DNA from: Ilumatobacteraceae bacterium
Lineage (GTDB): Bacteria; Actinomycetota; Acidimicrobiia; Acidimicrobiales; Ilumatobacteraceae
DNA: 64,000 nt
Assembly (NCBI GenBank): GCA_044354675.1
Contig: JBIKZO010000001.1
Coordinates: 320-64,319 of the forward strand
Direction of reading: 5' to 3'
Translations under genes and position numbers: made by a program
Part shown: positions 52,697-60,287 of the stretch, one piece after another
How the letters are laid out: each line of letters starts with the position of its first letter
Position numbering within the stretch: position 1 is the stretch's first letter
Notes under the pieces: model-generated
Told to the model about the DNA's origin: nothing
The model's database searches: none
Seen by the model: the letters and a program-made list of their open reading frames with translations, nothing else

Positions 52697-53987
52697 CCGA
52701 AGTCTCTGATTGAGTCTCAGCGGTCTCCGATCGCACCACGCCAGCGATAGCTGCGACAAATAGCGCCCAAAGAAAATGGTTGCCAACGAAAAAACTTTCC
52801 TGAGTTGAAATAGCCATAACAAAAAACATGATTGCTGGAGTCCATTGGCCTGCAGTGGTTTGCACAAGAGTTGTCAGGTGGCGATGTCCGCCATAAACAA
52901 TCGCACCAATGAGCAGCGCGGCACCAACTACACCCCCACCCAGCAAAACATCCATGTACCCGCTGTGTGACCAACCGGTATAAGTAAATGACCACCAGAG
53001 GTCCCGTCTCAAAAAAACTGACGATCTCCACGCTGACATCCAACCCCACCCAATAAATGGTCTTTCAAGAAATCCGGTCCAGCTGTAGTGCCAAATTGCT
53101 GAGCGGCCATTGAAATCAAAAGTCTCATCAAAGATGCCGAGCACAATACTTTGAAGTCGTACTGTTGTCCACGTCAGCACAGTGGCGCTAAAAACAAATG
53201 ACGGGAAAACAAATCGAGAAAGTGCGCGCTCATCAAGTCTCTTTCTCCGAATAAGTGATCGAACAACAGTCCAAAACGCCCACACCGCAGCGAATACGAT
53301 CGCTCCGCCAACAGATGTGTTTGATCGTGAATGAAACAGCATCACCGCACCAAAAAGGATGACATCAACCAATATTGCGATCAATGTAATGGGCCACTTT
53401 TTGCCTCGACGCATAATGACGATCCACAACAACGCGCTTGCCGCCAAACAACTCACCATTGCTACTGGGGCAAGAGAGTTTCGATTGAAGTAAATACCAA
53501 CCCAATTGCCATTTTGGTCAACTGAATTGCTCCAATTATTTGCGATTGCATAACGCGACCACAACAGTCCAGGCTGCATTGCAACAACAACAAGTGCAAG
53601 CTGCTCGAGTAATGAAAAACTTCGAGCGAGATATACACCAGTGAGAAATGTGACGCACAATGTTGTGGATTCAATAATTGTGTGTTGGCCGAAAGTTGCC
53701 CACGTTGTTGACAACCACATCCAGCCACAAAACAAACCAAGCAAACCTACGGGTCCAATCAACGATGAGCGAGGCACACGCCTGTAGCCGAGCAGGATTA
53801 ATGCTGGAATCTGAGCTGCAATGAAGGTAAGAAACTGTGCCGAAGCCACTTCCGGTTGAGCTACCAATGCACTTGCGTACCACAGGCTATAAACGGGGCC
53901 TTGGGTCAGTGTGAAGAGCAGTACAACGACATACGCGTATTCACACCATCGCAACAGCGAACTCATACGGTTGGTCGTGACATGCAT
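52671..53987 (-). CDS. O-antigen ligase/polymerase family (Wzy_C / WaaL-like) membrane protein
   Basis: 438 aa with about 11-12 TM helices and a large late external loop (FDFNGRSAIWHYSWTGFLERPFIGWGW) typical of the Wzy_C domain. The 3' end overlaps the capD-like gene by 26 nt (convergent). Confidence 0.65.
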   Translation of the reverse strand: MHVTTNRMSSLLRWCEYAYVVVLLFTLTQGPVYSLWYASALVAQPEVASAQFLTFIAAQIPALILLGYRRVPRSSLIGPVGLLGLFCGWMWLSTTWATFGQHTIIESTTLCVTFLTGVYLARSFSLLEQLALVVVAMQPGLLWSRYAIANNWSNSVDQNGNWVGIYFNRNSLAPVAMVSCLAASALLWIVIMRRGKKWPITLIAILVDVILFGAVMLFHSRSNTSVGGAIVFAAVWAFWTVVRSLIRRKRLDERALSRFVFPSFVFSATVLTWTTVRLQSIVLGIFDETFDFNGRSAIWHYSWTGFLERPFIGWGWMSAWRSSVFLRRDLWWSFTYTGWSHSGYMDVLLGGGVVGAALLIGAIVYGGHRHLTTLVQTTAGQWTPAIMFFVMAISTQESFFVGNHFLWALFVAAIAGVVRSETAETQSETSVKSLKPKS

Positions 53988-54047
53988 TGACTACAAATCT
54001 ACACAAGCTTCACTTGCTATCGAACGGTTGAAAGTATGCTGTAACTC

Positions 54048-54557
54048 ATGTCGGATGCTGAAATTGATCAAGAACAGCTCATCAAAGAGCTCATTGCGGA
54101 ATCGTTTGCGCTGCGCACAAAGTCGGAGCACTTAAGCCAATATGTAGAGACCAAAATTGCCGACTTGGTCAAGACCCGTAGCGAATTGAGCACAATTAAG
54201 GGCGAAAGCGAACTTGAAATCAGACGATTGAAGAGCGAAAGCGAACTTGAAATCAGACGATTGAAGAGCGAAAGCGAACTTGAAATCAGACGATTGAAGA
54301 GCGAAAGCGAACTTGAAATCAGACGATTGAGAGCCGGTATTGAAACCGCTAACCAACAGCGCAATGAGCTTGAGGCCAAACTTGATTCGCTCATCAGCGA
54401 GCACGAAGCCCTAGGAGAAGCGAACCTACAAATGACGAGCCAGCGTGACAGGCTCCGAAATCGAATGGCTCAGATAGATGCCTCTCCCGAATATCGGCTT
54501 GCCAAACGCTTGCGCCGAATTTTTGGGGTGATTCTTAAGGACGCGCCAACACAGTGA
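54048..54557 (+). CDS. small coiled-coil protein with 11-aa tandem repeats and basic C-terminal tail
   Basis: 169 aa, charged and helical throughout. ESELEIRRLKS repeated four times. Tail SPEYRLAKRLRRIFGVIL. The stop overlaps the start of the next gene (GTGA). Confidence 0.65.
   Translation: MSDAEIDQEQLIKELIAESFALRTKSEHLSQYVETKIADLVKTRSELSTIKGESELEIRRLKSESELEIRRLKSESELEIRRLKSESELEIRRLRAGIETANQQRNELEAKLDSLISEHEALGEANLQMTSQRDRLRNRMAQIDASPEYRLAKRLRRIFGVILKDAPTQ
54204..54335 (+). repeat. in-frame tandem repeat, 33-bp unit, about 4 copies
   Basis: Unit gaaagcgaacttgaaatcagacgattgaagagc is read three times without mismatch (54204-54302). A fourth copy diverges only in its last bases (gagagcc). 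Confidence 0.95.
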
Positions 54558-55276
54558 CTCGTCAATTTCCAGTCATCATCAACGTAAGAGACCGGCTCGA
54601 GCCGCTTCGCGATTTAGTTACATGGCTCGAACAACTGGGTCAAGAAAACATTTGGTTGTGCGATAACGACAGTACATATGCGCCGATGGTCGAATACCTG
54701 CACACCACACAACACCACGTACTTTTTAACGGGCTCAATTTGGGTCATCGAGCACCATGGCTTAGTGGTCTCGTGACCGAGCTTGGACTTGACTCTCACT
54801 TCATAGTCACCGATCCAGACGTTGTGCCTACGCAAGAATGCCCAACAGACGTGCTGGATTTTTTTCATGACACACTCATCCAGTACCCAACTATTGACAA
54901 AGTTGGTTTTAGTCTGCGCTTAGATGACTTACCAGCACATTACGCGCACCGCGACGATGTGATTTTGTGGGAGTCGCAGTTTTGGAAGAATATTCATCCA
55001 TCTGGTTTTTTTGTTGCCGAGATTGATACGACCTTCGCGATGTACAGACCGGGTGAGCATCACCAAAACAATCATGCGCTGCGTTCTAATCCCCCCTACA
55101 CAGCAAGACATATGCCGTGGTATCAAGACTCGAATAATCCAACAGAAGAACAGTCTTACTATGTGGAGCATGCTGACTCACTCATTATCAATTGGGATAA
55201 AAAGGTCTTGTCAGCATCACTTCGAGCACACCTCATGCAATTACGAAATCAACATTCGGCCGCAACTAGTCGATAG
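54554..55276 (+). CDS. GT-A-fold glycosyltransferase-like protein (family uncertain)
   Basis: 240 aa. N-terminal FPVIINVRDR...WLCDNDST and IVTDPDV (DxD-like) resemble nucleotide-diphospho-sugar transferases. No confident family assignment. Confidence 0.4.
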   Translation: MTRQFPVIINVRDRLEPLRDLVTWLEQLGQENIWLCDNDSTYAPMVEYLHTTQHHVLFNGLNLGHRAPWLSGLVTELGLDSHFIVTDPDVVPTQECPTDVLDFFHDTLIQYPTIDKVGFSLRLDDLPAHYAHRDDVILWESQFWKNIHPSGFFVAEIDTTFAMYRPGEHHQNNHALRSNPPYTARHMPWYQDSNNPTEEQSYYVEHADSLIINWDKKVLSASLRAHLMQLRNQHSAATSR

Positions 55277-55295
55277 TGACTAGGCTCAATACACT

Positions 55296-56498
55296 ATGTC
55301 TCAGCAGGCAATCGTCGTTGACTCGGTTTCTAAAAACTTTCGTCTCTACCACGAACGCAATCGCTATATCAAAGCAGCAATCTTGCGTGGACGAAGAGCC
55401 AAGTATGAAGAATTTTGGGCTCTTGATGATGTCTCATTTGAAGTAGACCACGGGTCAACACTCGGAATCATCGGATCCAATGGTTCCGGAAAAAGCACAA
55501 TGCTCAAATGTCTCACTGGTATCTACCGGCCCGACAAAGGCAAGGTTTCCGTTAATGGAAACATCGCGGCATTGCTCGAGCTCGGTGCTGGCTTTCACCC
55601 TGAATTATCGGGTCGAGAAAATGTGTATCTCAACGCGGCGATCTTGGGATTATCTAAAAAAGCTGCTGAGCGACAATTCGAGAGCATCGTCGAATTCGCC
55701 GGAATTGAACGCTTTATTGACACCGCTGTAAAGAACTATTCGTCCGGAATGATGATCCGACTTGGCTTTTCCGTCGCTGCACACGTCGAACCAGAAATTT
55801 TGCTCATTGATGAAGTCCTTACGGTTGGCGATCAATCTTTTCAAAGAAAAAGTAGTGAGAAAATCGAGCAGTTTCGTCGTGAAGGTCGCACGATCGTAGT
55901 AGTCAGTCATGGCCTTGGTTCGGTTCAACAACTCTGCAAAGAGGTCATCTGGCTTGAAAAAGGGTGTCTCAAAATGCGTGGACCAGCTGCAGAAGTAATT
56001 GCTGCCTACACCGGTGAAAGCTACGTTCAGCACACCGCTAAAGACGCTGATCTTCGCGAACGTTGGGGAACAGAAGATGCCCATATCGAAAGTGTCCTAC
56101 TTACTGATATGTCTGGTCAGTCAATAGAGCGAGTCGAAACCAATGCAGCGATGCGCGTGACCACCCACATCACAGCTCGCACACCACTTCGTGCTCCAGT
56201 GATCAAAATTTATATCAGTAAAGTTGATGGCACCGTTGTATGGTCAACAACGTCGAAGCGTGCAAACTCATCACTTGAAAATGTTCCAGATTCGGTAACT
56301 GCAACAATTGATATTCCACACCTTCCACTACTAGAAGGCGCTTATTTCATCTCGGTTGCATGCACCGATGTGACCAGCACGACCGAGTATGACCATTGTC
56401 AAAATTGGGTGAGATTTGATGTCCACCAAAATGACTTGTTCGAAGAAGGTCTTGTCGCTGTTCCTTCAACGTGGAACATCGAGCGTCATGCAAAGTAG
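55296..56498 (+). CDS. wzt: polysaccharide ABC exporter ATP-binding protein (Wzt/TagH-type) with C-terminal extension
   Basis: 400 aa. Walker A GSNGSGKST, signature YSSGM, Walker B LLIDEVL. About 150 aa of beta-rich C-terminal domain beyond the NBD, as in Wzt carbohydrate-binding modules. Confidence 0.8.
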   Translation: MSQQAIVVDSVSKNFRLYHERNRYIKAAILRGRRAKYEEFWALDDVSFEVDHGSTLGIIGSNGSGKSTMLKCLTGIYRPDKGKVSVNGNIAALLELGAGFHPELSGRENVYLNAAILGLSKKAAERQFESIVEFAGIERFIDTAVKNYSSGMMIRLGFSVAAHVEPEILLIDEVLTVGDQSFQRKSSEKIEQFRREGRTIVVVSHGLGSVQQLCKEVIWLEKGCLKMRGPAAEVIAAYTGESYVQHTAKDADLRERWGTEDAHIESVLLTDMSGQSIERVETNAAMRVTTHITARTPLRAPVIKIYISKVDGTVVWSTTSKRANSSLENVPDSVTATIDIPHLPLLEGAYFISVACTDVTSTTEYDHCQNWVRFDVHQNDLFEEGLVAVPSTWNIERHAK

Positions 56499-56502
56499 TT
56501 TT

Positions 56503-57312
56503 CTATACCTCTTCGGCGAGACGTCGTGAGAATTTGACGAAAATCGCCCAACCAACAACAAACGAAATAACAGAGACACATATCAAATAAACAATATGGC
56601 CGGCCTGAGGGGGTCGACCTGAATACAGCAGTTGACGAAAAGACAGAACAAACATGGCCATTGGATTCCAATGAAAAATAAATTCAAGGTATGGATGTAT
56701 TTGCCCCTCTAATTGATCCGGTGGATAAATGATGGGGGTAGCAAAAAACAACACTTGAATGATAATCGTCCAGAGATACCGCAAGTCTCGGAAAAAAACT
56801 GCACCAACGGAAACTGCCAGCGCGAATCCTGAGGAATACACTGCAAGTAACAGCATCAATAAGAATGCAAGAGGGATCCACTGCAAAATTGGACTACCCA
56901 CCAAAATCAGCCCAACGCACAGTAGCGACATCTCGATGCAGAATTGAACAAACGAAAAAATTACCTGGGCAAAGACGAGAGTCTCCCATGCAAAGAATAC
57001 TTTGCGCACCAAACCTGCGTTGCCAATGAGCGAACCAATTCCCAGACTGGTGACTAGCGAGAAAAACCCCCAAGGTAACAGCCCTGTGAGTAAGTACAAC
57101 GCGTAATTGTTGAGTCCTGATGGATCCCCTATTGGCGCTTGAGAACCAAAAACGACACCAAATACAAACCAATAAATGGCCATGCTTGAGAGTGGATTAA
57201 GCATTGACCAAGTCCACCCCAAAAATGATCGACGGTACTTAGCTCGCAATTCACGAAGTGTCAGATTCCAAAGCAAGTTCTTTGAACGATGAAGTTGACT
57301 GATTTGGTTCAC
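56503..57312 (-). CDS. wzm: ABC-2 type polysaccharide exporter permease (Wzm/TagG-type)
   Basis: 269 aa. N-terminal LTLRELRAKYRRSFLGWTWSMLNPL signature and six TM helices. Convergent with wzt across a 4-nt gap. Confidence 0.85.
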   Translation of the reverse strand: MNQISQLHRSKNLLWNLTLRELRAKYRRSFLGWTWSMLNPLSSMAIYWFVFGVVFGSQAPIGDPSGLNNYALYLLTGLLPWGFFSLVTSLGIGSLIGNAGLVRKVFFAWETLVFAQVIFSFVQFCIEMSLLCVGLILVGSPILQWIPLAFLLMLLLAVYSSGFALAVSVGAVFFRDLRYLWTIIIQVLFFATPIIYPPDQLEGQIHPYLEFIFHWNPMAMFVLSFRQLLYSGRPPQAGHIVYLICVSVISFVVGWAIFVKFSRRLAEEV

Positions 57313-57385
57313 GGGAATCCTTGTCTAAGACGAGCAACTATGAAAACAACATTAGTAGGGGTTCCTCAATCGTTTGGTCAACGAG

Positions 57386-57468
57386 TGGGCGAGGGGGGAC
57401 TTGAACCCCCACGTCCTTTCGAACACTGGCACCTGAAGCCAGCGCGTCTGCCATTTCGCCACTCGCCC
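57386..57468 (-). tRNA. tRNA-Leu (anticodon CAG)
   Basis: Hand-folded. Acceptor GGGCGAG/CTCGCCC, anticodon stem CTGGC/GCCAG with loop UUCAGGU, long variable arm, TPsiC GGTTCAAGTCC. CCA is not encoded. Confidence 0.9.
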
Positions 57469-57538
57469 GAGAGACGCTTTGACGATAGCAATGAACCACC
57501 ATTTATACACCGCGACCACGGGAACTTAGTGCTGGACT

Positions 57539-58042
57539 ATGATCGTTGCGATGAGCAGCAGTGTTACTCGAGTGGTAGATCCATTAGATCTGCAAGATGC
57601 GTCTCGCGAGCGACTACTCGCAGAAATCGGTCTACTTCAACACCGATACAGTCTCACAGACCCTGGTCGACTCGAATCTCGTATTCGCGAATTAGAGGCC
57701 CAATTAGGGGCTTCAGAAAATCTTCGAGTTGCTGAACATGACGCACAAGTTACCCGATATGACGCACAAGTTACCCGATATGACGCACAAGTTATTGAAC
57801 TTCAAAACGAAATAGATAATTTGAAAATGAATCTCTTGCATGTACGTGACTATGCACGGGGGTGCGCAGCCGAACTTGGCGAAGCTCGTACGTTTTTTGA
57901 AATTCACATTGCAGATGCAGACCGAAAAGTCCGTCAAGCACGAAGAAAGAATCAACAAATTTACGCAACTCGTACATGGAAAATGGGTCGCTTGGTCATG
58001 CTGCCCATTCGAATAGTTCGTCGCATCATCAAAGTCGGCTGA
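57539..58042 (+). CDS. small coiled-coil protein with 7-aa tandem repeats and basic C-terminal tail (paralogue of 54048-54557)
   Basis: 167 aa (start possibly at MSSSV, 57551). Charged and helical, with DAQVTRY repeats. Tail TRTWKMGRLVMLPIRIVRRII. A GT2 gene follows after 7 nt. Confidence 0.6.
   Translation: MIVAMSSSVTRVVDPLDLQDASRERLLAEIGLLQHRYSLTDPGRLESRIRELEAQLGASENLRVAEHDAQVTRYDAQVTRYDAQVIELQNEIDNLKMNLLHVRDYARGCAAELGEARTFFEIHIADADRKVRQARRKNQQIYATRTWKMGRLVMLPIRIVRRIIKVG
57738..57795 (+). repeat. in-frame tandem repeat, 21-bp unit, about 2.7 copies
   Basis: Unit atgacgcacaagttacccgat is read twice without mismatch, followed by a partial third copy atgacgcacaagtta. Confidence 0.9.
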
Positions 58043-58049
58043 CGCAGTC

Positions 58050-59600
58050 GTGCCATTGTTTAGCGTCATCACACCTGTCTACAATCCGCCAATTGACGCA
58101 TTTGAGGCGTGCATTGAGTCGGTGTTCGCCCAAACCCATACCGATTGGGACTGGTGCTTAGTTGATGATGGTTCAACTAACCCACAGATTCGCAAGATCA
58201 TGGAGCGGATCGCCCGCAAAGACAAACGAGTGCGAATAATGTTCAGACCCAAGAACGGCGGAATCGTCGCGGCATCACAAGATGCGCTCGACATGGCAAC
58301 GGGTGAGTTCATTGCTTTTCTTGACAATGATGACACGCTGCATCCGAATGCGCTAAGTCTTGTGTCCGCAACGCTTGCGAATGACCCTACAGTCGATTAT
58401 GTCTATAGCGACGAAAACAAGATCAATGAAAAAGGCAGGCCGTATGATCTGTTTCGCAAGCCTGCTTTTGACCCAATTCGGTTATTGGGTCAAAACTATT
58501 GCAGTCATTTTTCAGTAATTCGCTCATCGCTGATCGATGAGGTTGGTGGTTTTCGCACTGGATTTGAGGGTTCGCAGGATTACGACTTGATCTTGCGAAT
58601 TACAGAACGTGCACGCACCATCGCACATATTCCAGAAGTGTTGTACCACTGGCGGGCAATACCTGGGTCTGCTGCAATCCAGTCGGATGCCAAGCCCTAC
58701 GCATTGATTTCGGCTGAGCGCGCCGTCAAGGACCACTTAAAGCGCATCAAGATTGATGCGACTGTTTCGGTTTCCGATGATGGGTTTATTCAGGTGCGAC
58801 CAACGTTGAGCAATCCACCACCAAAAGTATCGATCATTATCCCTACTCGTGGCGACGCTCAGCGTGTTTGGGGTTTAGAGACATGTTTGGTTGATAATGC
58901 TGTTACAAGCATTCTCAAAAAATCGACTTATCCGAACTATGAAATCGTTGTTGTTCTGGATGTACAGAATGGAGAACCTAAAAACCCAATTTCGATTCCT
59001 GACGATCCCCGTTTCAACATTGTGCCCTATGACCTACCCTTCAACTTTTCAGACAAGTGCAATGTGGGAGTTCTGCAATCAACTGGTGAAGTCGTTATTT
59101 TGCTCAATGACGACACAGAAGTAATTGATTCTGACTGGATTGAGACATTGGTATCGATGCTGCAATTTCCTGATGTTGCCATGGTCGGTCCAATGTTGCT
59201 TCTTGAAGACTCGCGCATTCAAAGCGCTGGACACACCAATATTCCCTCACCACACAACATTGGAAACGGATTGTCATCTAGGCAAACAGGAAAATTTGGA
59301 ATGTTTGGTGTTACGCGCCGTGTCAGCGGTGTTACTGGAGCATGCGCTGCGATTCATCGCTCAATCTACGAAGAGCTCGGTGGTTTCTCGATCGACTTCC
59401 CCGCCTGTTTTAATGATCTAGATTTCGGCAACAAAATTCTTGAAGCTGGCTACCACATTGTGTGGACACCACTGGCTCGGATGTACCACTTTGAATCGCT
59501 GACTCGAGACCCAACGGTTGCACCACACGAAATGGCGATGCTTGAAAAACGATGGAAGCGCTACTTCGGCAAAGAAGACTATTCTCGACAACCCGCATAG
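58050..59600 (+). CDS. two-domain glycosyltransferase family 2
   Basis: 516 aa. First GT2 module FSVITPVYNPP, LVDDGSTN and FLDNDD. Second module VSIIIPTRGD and LLNDDTEV. Confidence 0.8.
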   Translation: MPLFSVITPVYNPPIDAFEACIESVFAQTHTDWDWCLVDDGSTNPQIRKIMERIARKDKRVRIMFRPKNGGIVAASQDALDMATGEFIAFLDNDDTLHPNALSLVSATLANDPTVDYVYSDENKINEKGRPYDLFRKPAFDPIRLLGQNYCSHFSVIRSSLIDEVGGFRTGFEGSQDYDLILRITERARTIAHIPEVLYHWRAIPGSAAIQSDAKPYALISAERAVKDHLKRIKIDATVSVSDDGFIQVRPTLSNPPPKVSIIIPTRGDAQRVWGLETCLVDNAVTSILKKSTYPNYEIVVVLDVQNGEPKNPISIPDDPRFNIVPYDLPFNFSDKCNVGVLQSTGEVVILLNDDTEVIDSDWIETLVSMLQFPDVAMVGPMLLLEDSRIQSAGHTNIPSPHNIGNGLSSRQTGKFGMFGVTRRVSGVTGACAAIHRSIYEELGGFSIDFPACFNDLDFGNKILEAGYHIVWTPLARMYHFESLTRDPTVAPHEMAMLEKRWKRYFGKEDYSRQPA

Positions 59601-59636
59601 ATCATTTACCTGCCCATACAGGCGTAGAATGGTGGA

Positions 59637-60272
59637 GTGTTAACACGCACGCGACGCACTGGAATACGACCAATTGAAATCGGTCGCCAAATCATCGCTG
59701 CAATGGACAACCAGGCCATTGAGCAGGACGGCCGAGTCGCCCAACGCTACGTAGTTGGACTTCACAAATCTGATCTCGCTGCGCTGAGTGAAGCGTTGAA
59801 ACCGCTCATGAGTGAGTTGCGCCAAGCAATTGCGAATCATGCCAAATTTGAGGGTTACAACATTGCTGGCGAAGCCGATGTGGTGCTTGAAGAAGATGTG
59901 GCGCAACGCATTGGGTCATGTGTGGTCAAAACCGACAAAACGACACCCACACCACGCGAGCCGATGACGCAACCACATCAACACGCAGTAACGCCTGCTG
60001 TTGTGGTGCTTGCCAATGGCTCGCGCCACATGCTCGAGGGTGATCTCGTAACTATTGGGCGCCAGGCCTCATGCACCATTGTAATTGCTGACAACAACAT
60101 CAGCCGCGTGCATGCACGATTTCGCACTGATGACAATGGTTGGACTATTGAAGACCTTGGTAGCACCAACGGCACAAGAGTGAATGGCTTGCTGATCACC
60201 GAACCAACACAGCTGAGTCACGGACAACTCATTGCACTTGGATCGTTGCAGCTGCACTTCGAGCAGGCGTAG
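59637..60272 (+). CDS. FHA-domain protein (FhaA-like, short DUF3662-type N-terminal region)
   Basis: 211 aa with GTG start and an in-frame TAG 12 nt upstream. C-terminal FHA motif (TIGRQASCTIVIADNNISRVHARF...DLGSTNGTRVNG). Confidence 0.8.
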   Translation: MLTRTRRTGIRPIEIGRQIIAAMDNQAIEQDGRVAQRYVVGLHKSDLAALSEALKPLMSELRQAIANHAKFEGYNIAGEADVVLEEDVAQRIGSCVVKTDKTTPTPREPMTQPHQHAVTPAVVVLANGSRHMLEGDLVTIGRQASCTIVIADNNISRVHARFRTDDNGWTIEDLGSTNGTRVNGLLITEPTQLSHGQLIALGSLQLHFEQA

Positions 60273-60287
60273 TTGCCTGTTGGTGTC

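Larger units (their letters stand above)
49563..59600. other. low-GC accessory block B (surface polysaccharide biosynthesis/export island)
   Basis: Hand counts of sample lines give 43% at 50401 and 42% at 56701. Gene content is listed separately. The right edge abuts the fhaA-pstP-pknB core genes. Confidence 0.6.

Noticed and set aside
54204-54335. CRISPR-like repeat array
   Set aside because: The repeats are directly tandem with no spacers, lie in-frame within a CDS, and no cas genes are present.
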